Part shown: in pieces, positions 1 to 9,915 of the stretch
How positions within the stretch are numbered: position 1 is the stretch's first letter
Layout of the letters: each line of letters begins with the position of its first letter
Origin: Chthoniobacteraceae bacterium
GTDB lineage: Bacteria > Verrucomicrobiota > Verrucomicrobiia > Chthoniobacterales > Chthoniobacteraceae
DNA length: 38,024 nt
Assembly: GCA_031409655.1 (NCBI GenBank)
Contig: JANNXQ010000175.1
Span: 1 to 38,024 of the forward strand
Direction: 5' to 3'
Notes under the pieces: generated by a model
What the model was told of the DNA's origin: nothing
Databases searched by the model: none
The model's input: the letters and a program-made list of their open reading frames with translations, nothing else
Translations under genes and position numbers: made by a program

Positions 1-74
1 AGGAACTTCTCCCGCCGGGTGATCTTCTTTTTGCGGCTATACTCGGTCTGCGCGAAACTCCGTTGGGCTTCCAT
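1..74 (-). CDS. IS5-family transposase, N-terminal 24 codons (partial)
   Basis: ATG at 74 gives MEAQRSFAQTEYSRKKKITRREKF(L), matching the typical IS5-subgroup N-terminus (Q.SF...EY..K.K.TRRE.FL). It is not in the ORF track because it runs off the edge. Confidence 0.8.
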   Translation of the reverse strand, partial: MEAQRSFAQTEYSRKKKITRREKF

Positions 75-137
75 CCCTCTACGACCCCGCACCTCCTCAT
101 GACCTTTGCCCACGCGTCTGATTAAATCAGCGTTTCC
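1..137 (-). mobile_element. IS5-family (IS5 subgroup) insertion sequence, left end; truncated by the window edge
   Basis: The minus strand reads TTAG|GGAAACGCTGATTTAAT. A GGA-starting terminal repeat (137-121) follows a YTAR-type target (TTAG, 141-138) and precedes a transposase-like ORF start. The other end is outside the window. Confidence 0.8.
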
Positions 138-2282
138 CTAAAAGCGCACTTGCGTGCCGAAGACGAAGTTCGTGCCGGGCTCGTTGATCCCGGAGCCGAG
201 GTAGCGGTAGTCCTCGTCGCTGATGTTTTCGCAGGCCGCGAAGATCTTCACGTTCGCGCAAGGATTCCACCCGCCGCGCAGGCTGAAGACCTGGTAGCCG
301 CGGGTGCCGCCGGGCGGGATGCGCTGGGTGTCGGCCTGGTCGCCGGGCGAGAGCCGATCCTGATGCCGGGCGAGGGTCGCGGCGCCTTCGAGGAACCACT
401 TTCCGTCGCCGGAATTCCAACGCAGGCCGAGCGTGCCGGTGAGCGGGGCAATGCGGGAGCCAGGCCGGGTCTCGATGCGGTTGCCGACAAATGTGTCGAG
501 CTCGCCTTCCGTCCACGCGAAATTTCCCCAGAGCGTGAAGCCCGTTGCAAAGTTCCATTCAGCGCCAAACTCGACGCCCTGAGTGTAGCCGTCGCCCACA
601 TTCCGCCGCGTGACTTCCGCCGCGCCACCGACTGTCCGACCAGTCGGGTAGCGCACGATCTGATCGTCGATCAGCGTGTAGTAATAGGCCACGTAGAGCT
701 GCGCGCGCAGGGACTCGATCCGCGCCTTCGTCCCGATTTCAAAGGAGACGTAGTACTCGGGATCGAGGCCCGGTGACGGGGCTTCGAGTTCTCCGGAGCG
801 CGCGATGTCGAAGCTCGTGAGGTCGGAGAGATTCGGCGCGCGGAAGCCTTGCGAGACGCCGCCGAAAAAATTCCAGCCCGGCGTGACATCCCAGCGCACG
901 CGCAGGCTGGCGGTGAAGGCATTGAAGGACTCGTCGATTGCGCCGAGATCGAGGGCGTCCGTGAGGTCGGGATCGACCTTGTCCGCTTCCGCGTGAGCGG
1001 AGCTGTAGCGCACGCCGGCGATGACGGTCAGCGGCTCGGCGATCTTAAATTCATCCTGGAGGTAGATCCCGAGCGTGTCGTAGCTGGCGTCGTCGGCCAC
1101 CGGGCCACGCGGCGCGATGGAGCGCAGGCTGCCATCCGCATTGAAGCTCCGGGCAGCGGAGTCCACTTCATCATGATAGTACTCGATGCCGTAGCTAAGG
1201 GTGCCGATCGGGCTCGGGCTGACAAAATTCACGAACGCGCCGAAGGTCTGGTCGGAGAATTCATTGAGGTCGCGCCGCCCGGTGTCGCGGATGCGATCCT
1301 GCCGCTCTTCCTGCCGCTGCCAGGAGAGACTCAGCTTCACCCGCTCGAGCCACGGTGCGGGATCGCGCGCTTCGAGTTGCAGGTAGGCGAGTTCGCGGAG
1401 TTGATCGAAGTCGCGCCGCAGATCGGTGCCGACCGTCGTGCCATCGAAGCTTTTCGCAAAGATGGTCGAGTGCGTGCGCGGCGCGTTGTTTTGCTCCACG
1501 CGCTGGAAGGCAGCGACGATGTCCACGTCCTGGTTCGGACGCAGCACGATCTTCACGTCGCCATCCGCTTCGGTGTAGCCGGAGTTCGGTTGCTCGCCGA
1601 TGAGATCGCCGCCGCGCAGGTCATCGTAGTCTTTCCAGGTGAAGCCGCCGTAGATGCCGACGTGCGGCGAGACCGCGAGCGAGAAATCCGCGCGCGCGGT
1701 CTGCGATTTCTCCGCGGTCGCATAACGGTAGTACCCGCCGGGATGAAAGGCGAAGCTCGCGGGCGCTTCGAGCACGGTCTTGCCTTTGCCATCCGGCGCG
1801 GCGGGCCACGGCAGCATCTCCGGGCCGCGGGTGATGGCGTTCACGGTGCCGCCGATCGCATCGCTCCCGTAGAGCACGCTGCTCGGGCCTTTGACCAAAT
1901 CGAGACGGTCGATCATCAGCGAGTCGATCGTGCCCCAGTATTGATTCGGGCCTTCGCGGAAGACGGCATTATTCACCCGGATGCCGTCGATGAGCAGGAG
2001 CGTGCGAAAGCCAGTGAAGCCGCGGATGAATGGCGAGGTCTGCCCGAGACTGGTGCGCTGGAGTAGCACGCCCGGCGTCTCGCTCAGCGCATCGGGCAGG
2101 GTGCGGACCAGGCGCTCGTCACGGAAACGCGCGGCTTCGATGACGTGGGCGGTGTAGGGTGCGTCGAAGACGGAGGATTCGTTCTGCGTCGCGGTGACGA
2201 GCACTTCGTCGAGGAGTGCGGCCTGTGCGATGGCCGGTGCGGTGAGCAGGAAAAGGAGGGGCGTGAGGCGGGAGTTGGGCAT
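138..2282 (-). CDS. TonB-dependent outer-membrane receptor (714 aa)
   Basis: Signal peptide MPNSRLTPLLFLLTAPAIAQA; TonB box-like LDEVLVTA; plug motifs (IRGF, LLLIDG, VKGPSSVLYGSDAIGGTVN); FRAPN motif; C-terminal Phe. The 138..3860 ORF in the track is over-extended upstream. Confidence 0.93.
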   Translation of the reverse strand: MPNSRLTPLLFLLTAPAIAQAALLDEVLVTATQNESSVFDAPYTAHVIEAARFRDERLVRTLPDALSETPGVLLQRTSLGQTSPFIRGFTGFRTLLLIDGIRVNNAVFREGPNQYWGTIDSLMIDRLDLVKGPSSVLYGSDAIGGTVNAITRGPEMLPWPAAPDGKGKTVLEAPASFAFHPGGYYRYATAEKSQTARADFSLAVSPHVGIYGGFTWKDYDDLRGGDLIGEQPNSGYTEADGDVKIVLRPNQDVDIVAAFQRVEQNNAPRTHSTIFAKSFDGTTVGTDLRRDFDQLRELAYLQLEARDPAPWLERVKLSLSWQRQEERQDRIRDTGRRDLNEFSDQTFGAFVNFVSPSPIGTLSYGIEYYHDEVDSAARSFNADGSLRSIAPRGPVADDASYDTLGIYLQDEFKIAEPLTVIAGVRYSSAHAEADKVDPDLTDALDLGAIDESFNAFTASLRVRWDVTPGWNFFGGVSQGFRAPNLSDLTSFDIARSGELEAPSPGLDPEYYVSFEIGTKARIESLRAQLYVAYYYTLIDDQIVRYPTGRTVGGAAEVTRRNVGDGYTQGVEFGAEWNFATGFTLWGNFAWTEGELDTFVGNRIETRPGSRIAPLTGTLGLRWNSGDGKWFLEGAATLARHQDRLSPGDQADTQRIPPGGTRGYQVFSLRGGWNPCANVKIFAACENISDEDYRYLGSGINEPGTNFVFGTQVRF

Positions 2283-2307
2283 GGTGTGGTTGGGTGCGCG
2301 CGCCTTT

Positions 2308-2323
2308 AGCAACGCGAGTGCCA
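2308..2323 (-). promoter_or_regulatory. sigma54 (-24/-12) promoter of the TonB-dependent receptor
   Basis: Minus strand TGGCACTCGCGTTGCT = TGGCAC-N5-TTGCW with exact GG-N10-GC spacing, 25 nt upstream of the ATG. A GAFTGA-containing activator is encoded in the adjacent divergent unit. Confidence 0.85.
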
Positions 2324-2353
2324 CCGGCGCCTCCCGCTTTGCGGCAAGAGGGT

Positions 2354-2405
2354 GTAAACGATTTTCAACCTGCGCGCTGCCAACGGAGCGGGACATTTTT
2401 TGACC
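2354..2405. promoter_or_regulatory. candidate upstream activator (enhancer) sites
   Basis: Two AT-rich 16-mers in a GC-rich background (minus strand GTTGAAAATCGTTTAC at 2354-2369 and GGTCAAAAAATGTCCC at 2390-2405), upstream of the sigma54 promoter. Function is inferred from position only. Confidence 0.35.
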
Positions 2406-2447
2406 TCGCCAGCCGCGGCGCAGATTCATTTCTGTCCACGAACTCCG

Positions 2448-3779
2448 ATGCCCGATCGTCCCGTCACGAGCCTCTGGCTCCGCCTCGCGCTGCCGCTGCT
2501 GCTCTTTGTGGCCGCGGGGTCCACGCTGCTCGTGGTGGGGATGCAAGCGGTGGCTCGGCGCGAATCGCGGCAGGTCTTTGCGACGCTCGCGCGGACGAAT
2601 GCGGAACTCATCCGGAGCGCGCGTCTGCCGACGACCGAACGCACGGCGGAGTATCTCGGACGGGTCTTGAATATGCGCGTCTTCTTCCGCCGCGACGCGG
2701 ATGGCCGGCTCGTGCCCGCGCTCGGTGAAGACGCGGCGGGGCTGGCACCGCTGCTCGCGGAGCTGCGAGAAGATCAGGGCATCGTGCGCAGCGGCCCGGA
2801 GACGGAGGCGATCGCGCTGCGCCTCGAGGCCGATGCTCACCTGCTGCTCCTGCGCGTTGCGGAGTCGCCGTGGGCGTTTCTTTTCCGCGGAGAAACGCTG
2901 CCCATGCTCGCCGTCTTCGGGCTGCTCGCGGTGGCCCTGGCCTGGGCGCTGGCGCGCGGCATCGTGCGCCCGCTGCGCCTCCTCGCGCAGCGGCTGCCGC
3001 AGATCGAGCACGATCCGGAAGCCACGCTGCCCGGCGCCGAGCGGACGGACGAAATCGGGCAACTCGCCCGCGCCTATCTCGCCACTCGCACCCAGCTCGC
3101 CGAGGAACGCGCGCGGCGTGAGCAGGCGGAGAAACTCGCGCTCCTCGGACGCATGACCACCGGCCTCGCGCACGAGATCTACAATCCGCTCGCGGCGATC
3201 CGCATGCACGCGCAGCTCCTCGAATCCACGCCTGCGAACGAGCTTCCCCAAGCAGCGGGGGAAGCGCTCCCGATCCTGCTCGGCGAGACCGCGAAGATCG
3301 AAGGTCTCGTGCAGCAGTGGATGTTTCTCGCGCGCCCGCAGCCGCCGCAGACTTCGCCGGTCGAGCTCGCGACGATCGTCGCCGAAGTGCTCCGGGTGCT
3401 CGGCCCGCAGGCGGCGCATGGGAACGTGCGGATCGTGAACGAAGTGCCACCCGACCTGATCGCCCAGGTGGACGCGCGGCGGATCGCGCAGGTCATCGGC
3501 AATGTGGCGATCAATGCCCTCCAGGCAATGCCAGGAGGTGGCACCCTCACGATCCGCGGCGAGCCGCGGCGACTCATTTTTCGCGACACCGGCCGCGGCT
3601 TTTCGCCCGCCGCCCTGCCCCGCCACGCGGAGCTTTTTTTCACGGAGAAAGAGGGCGGCATGGGGATCGGCCTGAGCGTCGCCGCGGAGATCATGAAAGC
3701 GCATGGCGGCAGCCTGCTTGTCACGAACGCCGAGGAAGGTGGCGCGGTCGTCACGCTGGAATTTCCGCTGACTCACTGA
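2448..3779 (+). CDS. membrane sensor histidine kinase (2 TM, HAMP, HisKA, HATPase_c)
   Basis: Two hydrophobic segments; HAMP (RPLRLL...RTDEIGQL); H-box LAHEIYNPL; N-box NVAINALQA; DTGRGF; FFTEKEGGMGIGL. Confidence 0.93.
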   Translation: MPDRPVTSLWLRLALPLLLFVAAGSTLLVVGMQAVARRESRQVFATLARTNAELIRSARLPTTERTAEYLGRVLNMRVFFRRDADGRLVPALGEDAAGLAPLLAELREDQGIVRSGPETEAIALRLEADAHLLLLRVAESPWAFLFRGETLPMLAVFGLLAVALAWALARGIVRPLRLLAQRLPQIEHDPEATLPGAERTDEIGQLARAYLATRTQLAEERARREQAEKLALLGRMTTGLAHEIYNPLAAIRMHAQLLESTPANELPQAAGEALPILLGETAKIEGLVQQWMFLARPQPPQTSPVELATIVAEVLRVLGPQAAHGNVRIVNEVPPDLIAQVDARRIAQVIGNVAINALQAMPGGGTLTIRGEPRRLIFRDTGRGFSPAALPRHAELFFTEKEGGMGIGLSVAAEIMKAHGGSLLVTNAEEGGAVVTLEFPLTH

Positions 3780-3886
3780 CGCGCGGATCGCGGATGCTCC
3801 CCGGAGGTTGCGCACCGCAGCGGGAATGCGGGACGGTGGGCGTGGCGTCTGCCAGAGCATTCGTGTATGCGGAGGTTTTGCCGCCC

Positions 3887-5284
3887 ATGTCGCCCATCCT
3901 GATCATCGAAGACGAACACGCCGTCGCCAGCGCGCTGGCCGGGGTCTGCCGCCGGCTCGGCCGGGAAACGCAGCTCTGCGCAAGCGGAAAGCGGGCGCTC
4001 GCCACGGGTGCGCAAGGGGAGTTTGCCCTCGCGATTTTGGATATCGGCCTGCCCGACATGAGCGGACTCGAGGTGCTCGCCCAACTTCGCCAAAGCGCCC
4101 CGCGGATGCCGGTGCTGATCGTCACGGCGCATGGAAATTTCGACAACGCTGTGGCGGCGAAAAAACTCGGAGCCGCAGCGTATCTCGTGAAGCCGCTCGA
4201 TCTGGGCGAGGTCCAGGAGACGATTCGGCAACTCATCGCCGTCGTCCCGCCGCCTGCGCCGTCACCGCCCAGTCCCCCTTCGTTGCTCGTCGGTGCGGCC
4301 CCGGCGATGCAGCGCTGCTTCGTCGAGATCGCCCACGCTTGCAGCTCAGACGCGCCCGCCCTGATCACTGGCCCCACCGGTACCGGCAAGACGCTCGCCG
4401 CCCGGCTCATCCACCTGCACAGCGCGCCGCGAGACGCGCCCTTCGTCACCCTGCACTGCTCGGCGATGCCCGAGCAGTTGCTCGAGAGCGAGCTCTTCGG
4501 TCATGAAAAGGGAGCCTTCACCGGTGCGCTCACCGCGCGGGCAGGGCATGTGGAGCGCGCGCATGGCGGCACCCTTTTTCTCGACGAGGTCGCCGATATC
4601 TCGCTCGCGGTGCAGGCGAAATTATTACGCTTCGTGGAGGAGCGCACCTTCACCCGCCTCGGCGGACGCACCGACCTCCGTGTCGAACTGCGCCTCATCA
4701 CGGCGACGAACAAAGACCTCCGGGAAGAGGTCGCGGCGGGACGTTTTCGCGAAGACCTGTTTTACCGCCTGCACGTCCTCGAGATCGGGCTGCCGCCTTT
4801 GCGGGACCGGCTCGGTGATCTGCCCGCGCTGGCCGCTTTTTTCCTCGGGGTACTCGCGCCGAGTCGCGCCTTGGCGCTCTCGCCCGCAGTCCTCGATCTC
4901 CTCATGCGGCACGCCTGGCCGGGGAATGTGCGCGAACTCCGCAATGCCCTCGAGCACGCGGTTGCCGTGGCCAGCGGCCCGGCAATTCTCCCGCAACACC
5001 TCCCGCGAGACCTCCGCCTCCATGCCGAAGCTGCGCCGGCCGCGCCCCATGCCTTGGAAGCCGCGCTCCGCCCGTGGCTCGACGAGCAACTCCGCGTGGG
5101 CGCGAGCTACGATGAAATGCACGACGCCCTTGAGACGAAGACCCTGCGGCACTTGCTCGCGCATTTCGGCGGCAAGCCGACCGTGCTCGCGCGTGCGGCG
5201 GCGATGAATCGGGTGACGCTTCGGAAAAAGCTGGCGCGGATGTTTCCGGACGCCGCCCCGCTGGACGAAGCCGACAGCGAGTGA
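3887..5284 (+). CDS. sigma54-dependent response regulator (NtrC family: REC, AAA+, HTH)
   Basis: ILIIEDE and LDIGLPD receiver motifs; Walker A GPTGTGKT; ESELFGHEKGAFTGA; LFLDEV; FREDLFYRL; WPGNVREL; C-terminal Fis-like HTH. Confidence 0.95.
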   Translation: MSPILIIEDEHAVASALAGVCRRLGRETQLCASGKRALATGAQGEFALAILDIGLPDMSGLEVLAQLRQSAPRMPVLIVTAHGNFDNAVAAKKLGAAAYLVKPLDLGEVQETIRQLIAVVPPPAPSPPSPPSLLVGAAPAMQRCFVEIAHACSSDAPALITGPTGTGKTLAARLIHLHSAPRDAPFVTLHCSAMPEQLLESELFGHEKGAFTGALTARAGHVERAHGGTLFLDEVADISLAVQAKLLRFVEERTFTRLGGRTDLRVELRLITATNKDLREEVAAGRFREDLFYRLHVLEIGLPPLRDRLGDLPALAAFFLGVLAPSRALALSPAVLDLLMRHAWPGNVRELRNALEHAVAVASGPAILPQHLPRDLRLHAEAAPAAPHALEAALRPWLDEQLRVGASYDEMHDALETKTLRHLLAHFGGKPTVLARAAAMNRVTLRKKLARMFPDAAPLDEADSE

Positions 5285-5294
5285 GGCTCGGCGA

Positions 5295-5948
5295 TTATTT
5301 TGTGGGTCGGCCGCGCCGCCAGTTTCCGCTGGCGTCCCGCTCCCAATGGTAGCCCCCCTGAATCCGCGTCTGCGCCGGCCCCAGGGAGCTGGTCTCGCCG
5401 AGTGCGGTGGTCGGTTTTTTGGCCGCACTGCTGGCGGGCCGAGTTTCCGTGGGGGCCGGGTTTGTTCCAGATTGCAGGGCGGGCGCGGGCCGGGCGTTTT
5501 GCATTTGGCGGAGAGAATTCTGGGCCGCCACGTCAGCCCCGAAGACCTGCTGGGCGATGCGGAGATCATTGGTCACCTGATTCGCGGCGAGCACGAGCTT
5601 GTGGCCTGCGGCGTCGGTGTACTCAGTGGGGCTGGTCTGCTGGAGCCGCGTCCCAGGGCGCAGTCCGGTGATGCCGTTTTCGGTGATGATGGAGGCCTTC
5701 GTCACCAGAAAATAAACGCCCGGCGGCGCGAAATAGTTCGGCGGGGGTGTGGCTGCTTCGACGATGGGAGGTGGGGTGGGTGTTGCCCGGGGCGGGGGAG
5801 GTGTTTCGGGCGCCGGGGTGCTGGCGACGACATCGGATGTCTCCGGCTCCGGTTCATTTTTCGCGATCGGCTTCCAGCAAGCTCCGCTCGCTGCGCAGAG
5901 CAGCAATAGAGCGGTCCGCGCCGGCGCTTTGCGTGAGGGCATTTTCAT
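5295..5948 (-). CDS. hypothetical exported protein, possible lipoprotein with Pro-rich linker
   Basis: Basic N-terminus, hydrophobic stretch and ASGAC lipobox-like site; Pro/Thr-rich linker; strong SD AAGGAGG (5963-5957) 8 nt before the ATG. Confidence 0.7.
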   Translation of the reverse strand: MKMPSRKAPARTALLLLCAASGACWKPIAKNEPEPETSDVVASTPAPETPPPPRATPTPPPIVEAATPPPNYFAPPGVYFLVTKASIITENGITGLRPGTRLQQTSPTEYTDAAGHKLVLAANQVTNDLRIAQQVFGADVAAQNSLRQMQNARPAPALQSGTNPAPTETRPASSAAKKPTTALGETSSLGPAQTRIQGGYHWERDASGNWRRGRPTK

Positions 5949-5967
5949 TTCGATTTCCTCCTTGGTC

Positions 5968-6012
5968 AGAGGCTCGGTCGCGCCCGCGCCTTCGCGGCCC
6001 GACTGAGCCTCT
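5968..6012. other. stem-loop just upstream of the SD of the 5295-5948 gene
   Basis: AGAGGCTCGGTCG (5968-5980) pairs with CGACTGAGCCTCT (6000-6012), 12/13, around a GC-rich inner hairpin. Confidence 0.55.
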
Positions 6013-6158
6013 CGTCAAGAGTATGGCCAGTCAGGACCGCTGATCGCCAAGCGAAAACTGGGGTCGGGCACGAATCTCGCATTTCTCCCCGTGGCGTTGG
6101 CTTGCCGAATATAAATTTCCTTGTTTTCCCAAGTCACTCCGAACACACAAACCATCCC

Positions 6159-8621
6159 ATGCACAAACCTGAAACCTTCGTCACCAGCATGGATAAATCG
6201 CCAACAGGACTCAAGGCGCTGGTGCAGAATCAATTGAAGTTCACCCTCGCCCGCGATCACGCCGGAGCGAGCAAACGCGACTGGTGGATCGCGACTTCGA
6301 AGGCGGTGCAAAGTCTGATCATCGAGCGGATGCTCGCCACGCAGGAAGTGCATCATCAGCAGAATGTGAAGCGGGTGTACTATTTCTCGCTGGAGTTTTT
6401 GATGGGCCGGCTTTTCTCGAACAGCCTCTACAGCGTCGGCATTTTTAAGGAGATGGAGGAGGCCGTGAAGGAACTCGGCATCGATCTCGATGAACTCCGC
6501 CGCGAGGAATACGACATGGGTCTGGGCAATGGCGGTCTCGGGCGACTCGCCGCGTGTTTCCTCGATTCGCTGGCTACGCTCGACCTGCCGGCGATCGGCT
6601 ACGGTATCCACTACCAATACGGCCTTTTCAAACAGGAGTTCCGCAATGGCCACCAAGTCGAGCTTCCTGATGCCTGGCTGAACTTCGGCACGCCGTGGGA
6701 GATCGTCCGCCCTGAGCACACCCAGACCATCGAGATCTACGGGCAGGTGGAAAACGTGTTCGATGATCGCGGGAACTATGTCCCGCGCTGGACCGGCACC
6801 AAGAAACTCGTCGGCGTGCCTTATGACATTCCGGTCCCGGGTTACGGCACGAACACCGTGAACTACCTGCGGCTTTGGGAATCGAAAGCCACGGACGAGT
6901 TCGATTTTGAAGCGTTCAATCGGGGTGGTTACACCGAGGCCGTGCGGGAAAAGAACGCCAGTGAGACCATCTCGAAAGTTCTCTACCCCAATGACAAGAC
7001 CGACGAAGGCAAGGAACTCCGTCTTGTGCAGCAGTACTTTTTCGTCGCCTGCTCGCTGAAGGACATCTTCCGCCGCTTCCGCAAGGATGACAACGATTGG
7101 GACCACTTCCCGGAGAAGATCGCGATCCAACTCAATGACACGCACCCGGCGGTGGCGATCGTCGAACTGATGCGGCTCTTCCACGATGAGGAAGGCATGT
7201 CTTGGGAAAAATCATGGTCGCTCGTGAACCGCACCTTTGCTTACACCAACCACACCCTGCTCCCCGAGGCGCTGGAAAAGTGGAGCGTTGCGCTTTTCCA
7301 AAGGGTCCTGCCGCGGCATTTGCAGATCATCTTTGAGATCAACAAGCACTTCATGGTGCTCGTCGAAGACAAGTGGCCGGGCGACTCAGTGAAGAAGCGC
7401 GTCCTCTCCATCATCGAAGAAGGCCACACCCAGATGGTGCGGATGGCGAATCTCTCAGTGGTCGGCTGTTTCTCTGTGAACGGGGTCGCGGCGCTGCACA
7501 CGCAGCTCATCAAGAGCGACCTCTTCCCGGAGTTCGATGCCTTGTATCCGGGTAAGTTTAATAACAAGACGAACGGCATCACTCCGCGTCGCTGGCTGCT
7601 CGCCTGCAACCCGCGCCTGAGTAACCTGATCACCTCCAAGATCGGCCACGGCTGGGAGCGCAATCTGGATAAGTTGCGCGGGCTGGAACCGTTCGCGGAG
7701 GATCCGCAGTTTCAGGCCGACTTCATGGCCGTGAAGCACGCGAACAAGGTCGATCTGACCCGCATCATCAAAGACACCTGCGGCATCACCGTGAATCCGC
7801 ACGCGCTCTTCGACGTCCAGATCAAGCGTCTCCACGAATACAAGCGTCAGCATCTCAACCTGCTTCACATCCTCGCGCTCTATCGCCGGCTCCTCCAGAA
7901 TCCGCACCTCGATATTGAGCCGCGGGTCTTCATCTTCGCGGCCAAGGCGGCGCCGGGTTATGACCTGGCCAAATGCATCATCAAGGCCATCAATGCAGTC
8001 GGCGCGCACATCAACGCCGACATCCGCATTCAGGATAAGCTGAAGGTCGTCTTCCTGCCAAACTACCGCGTCTCGCTGGCCCAGCGGATCGTGCCCGCGG
8101 CCGATCTCTCGGAGCAAATCTCGACTGCCGGCAAAGAAGCATCCGGCACTGGCAATATGAAACTCTCGCTCAATGGCGCGCTGACGATCGGCACGCTGGA
8201 CGGCGCGAATGTGGAGATCAAGGAAGAGGTCGGAGACGACAATATCTTCATCTTCGGCATGACCGTGGACGAAGTCGCCGCACTCTGGAAGAAAGGCTAC
8301 AAGCCGCAGACTTACTACGAAGCGGACGAGGAATTGCGCACCGTGGTGGATTGGATTGGGTCGAACTTCTTCACCCCGAACGAGCCCGGCTGCCTGAGCA
8401 TGTTGCGGGATAACTTGTATCACAGCGATCCCTTCCTCTGCCTGCCCGACTTCCGCGCCTATGTGGAATGCCACGAGCGGGTCGATACCGCCTTCAAGGA
8501 CAAGGCGCTGTGGGCGAAGATGGCGATCCTGAATACGGCGCGCATGGGCAAATTCTCGAGCGATCGCACGATCTCCGAATACGCCCGGGACATCTGGAAG
8601 CTCGATCCGGTTCCAGTGTAA
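6159..8621 (+). CDS. glgP: glycogen/starch phosphorylase
   Basis: [69 protein letters not shown], and PLP-lysine motif EASGTGNMK. Confidence 0.97.
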   Translation: MHKPETFVTSMDKSPTGLKALVQNQLKFTLARDHAGASKRDWWIATSKAVQSLIIERMLATQEVHHQQNVKRVYYFSLEFLMGRLFSNSLYSVGIFKEMEEAVKELGIDLDELRREEYDMGLGNGGLGRLAACFLDSLATLDLPAIGYGIHYQYGLFKQEFRNGHQVELPDAWLNFGTPWEIVRPEHTQTIEIYGQVENVFDDRGNYVPRWTGTKKLVGVPYDIPVPGYGTNTVNYLRLWESKATDEFDFEAFNRGGYTEAVREKNASETISKVLYPNDKTDEGKELRLVQQYFFVACSLKDIFRRFRKDDNDWDHFPEKIAIQLNDTHPAVAIVELMRLFHDEEGMSWEKSWSLVNRTFAYTNHTLLPEALEKWSVALFQRVLPRHLQIIFEINKHFMVLVEDKWPGDSVKKRVLSIIEEGHTQMVRMANLSVVGCFSVNGVAALHTQLIKSDLFPEFDALYPGKFNNKTNGITPRRWLLACNPRLSNLITSKIGHGWERNLDKLRGLEPFAEDPQFQADFMAVKHANKVDLTRIIKDTCGITVNPHALFDVQIKRLHEYKRQHLNLLHILALYRRLLQNPHLDIEPRVFIFAAKAAPGYDLAKCIIKAINAVGAHINADIRIQDKLKVVFLPNYRVSLAQRIVPAADLSEQISTAGKEASGTGNMKLSLNGALTIGTLDGANVEIKEEVGDDNIFIFGMTVDEVAALWKKGYKPQTYYEADEELRTVVDWIGSNFFTPNEPGCLSMLRDNLYHSDPFLCLPDFRAYVECHERVDTAFKDKALWAKMAILNTARMGKFSSDRTISEYARDIWKLDPVPV

Positions 8622-8673
8622 TCCGGGACCATCGCCGTTCCGTGCGCCCGTCGTGTTCTCCGGTGCGCGGCGC

Positions 8674-8861
8674 GGGTGTGATTAAATGTGGTGCAGATTC
8701 AGGAGGGTGTTGGCCCTGCGGGCGGCTAAACGCCAAAACGCCAAACGCCAAATTTCAAACGGAGTTTGGCGCGAGCGGTGGAATCGTTTGGCGTTTGAAG
8801 TTTGGCATTTAGCCGCCCGCAAGGTCGCCGCTCTGCGGATGCACCACATTTATTTACACCC
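8674..8861. mobile_element. 188-bp MITE-like element with 22-bp TIRs and 8-bp TSD
   Basis: Left TIR GGGTGTGATTAAATGTGGTGCA (8674-8695) matches the reverse complement of 8840-8861 at 20/22. CGCGGCGC lies directly on both sides (8666-8673, 8862-8869). Confidence 0.8.
8717..8821. repeat. inverted pair of AAACGCC-type heptamer arrays nested in the MITE
   Basis: A perfect 14-bp stem TGCGGGCGGCTAAA / TTTAGCCGCCCGCA is followed inward by AAACGCC/AAATTTC units on the left and their complements on the right. Confidence 0.85.
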
Positions 8862-8945
8862 CGCGGCGCCTCGCCACTGCTTCGGCATTGCGCGGGCAAA
8901 GCGAGCGGCTAGGGTTCCGGCTCCTTTTCGCCCGCCCCCTTTTTC

Positions 8946-9857
8946 ATGCTCTCCATCTCGACCTGCTGGAACTCCGGACGCCACACCGATGGCGAACCCA
9001 TGCTTCAGGAATTGCTCGACCTCGGCTTCAACCGGGTGGAACTCGGCCACGGCATCCGGATTTCGCTCATGGAGGGGATCCTGAAGGTCTTCAAAGAAGG
9101 ACGGGTGCGTTTTTCCAGCCTGCACAATTTCTGCCCGCTCCCGATCGAGATCACCCGTGCTTCGCCGGACTGTTACCAATTCTCCTCTCCCGAACCGCGC
9201 GAGCGGGAGCGCGCGCTCAAGCACACTTATCAGACCATCGACTTCGCGGTCCGCCTCGAAGCCCCCTTTGTCGTCCTGCACCTCGGTCGCGCGCCGATCG
9301 ACGATTACACGGAAAAGCTCGTGAACCTCTGCGAGGTTGGCCTCGGGCAATCGCGCGGCTTCGTGAAGGAGAAGCTCGAGTGCATCAAAAAGCGCGAGGC
9401 CAAGTCGCCGCCGTTTTTCGCGCGGTCGATGGAGGCGTTGCGCCGGATCGCGGACTATGCCGCCGAGCGCGGAGTGACGCTCGGGGTCGAGAGTCGGCAC
9501 AGCTACGAAGAGATCCCGAACGAGACGGAGATGATGGAAGTGCTCGAGGAATTCGACGTGCCGCACGTCGGCTACTGGCACGTCTTCGGCCACGTGCAGG
9601 TGAAGCACAATCTCGCCTTCCTCGATCACGTCGAATGGCTCGGGCAGGTCGCGCCCCGGCTCGTTGGCTGTCACCTTCACGACACCCAGTGGCCAGGCCG
9701 CGATCACATGGCGCCCTTCCAGGGCGAGGTCGAGTACAGCCAACTCATCCCGCTGCTGCCGAAGGACACGCTCTTCGTCTTTGAGATGAGCCCGCGCCGG
9801 ACGGTCGAGGAGATCACGGAAGGGCGCGCGAAGTGGATCAAGCGCTTCGGCGAATGA
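8946..9857 (+). CDS. xylose-isomerase-like TIM-barrel protein (sugar phosphate isomerase/epimerase family)
   Basis: LGFNRVEL, SSLHNF, VVLHLG, LGVES, GYWH(V)FGH, GCHLHD and VFEMS pattern. Confidence 0.85.
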   Translation: MLSISTCWNSGRHTDGEPMLQELLDLGFNRVELGHGIRISLMEGILKVFKEGRVRFSSLHNFCPLPIEITRASPDCYQFSSPEPRERERALKHTYQTIDFAVRLEAPFVVLHLGRAPIDDYTEKLVNLCEVGLGQSRGFVKEKLECIKKREAKSPPFFARSMEALRRIADYAAERGVTLGVESRHSYEEIPNETEMMEVLEEFDVPHVGYWHVFGHVQVKHNLAFLDHVEWLGQVAPRLVGCHLHDTQWPGRDHMAPFQGEVEYSQLIPLLPKDTLFVFEMSPRRTVEEITEGRAKWIKRFGE

Positions 9858-9915
9858 GGGCGCGTGGCGTGGGGATCAGCGGGCCAGTGGTGGTGCGGGC
9901 GCGGACCTCCTTCCG

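Noticed and set aside
2350..2358. GGGTGTAAA resembling the MITE terminal repeat
   Set aside because: The match stops after 9 bp and there is no partner repeat; better read as part of a candidate enhancer site.
2283..3860. N-terminal extension of the 1240-aa ORF
   Set aside because: It is the antisense shadow of the histidine kinase. The signal peptide and sigma54 promoter fix the receptor start at 2282.
3789..3865. Short inverted repeat CGCGGATGCTC / GAGCATTCGTG between HK and RR
   Set aside because: Only 9/11 matches, no TSD and no second copy in the window.
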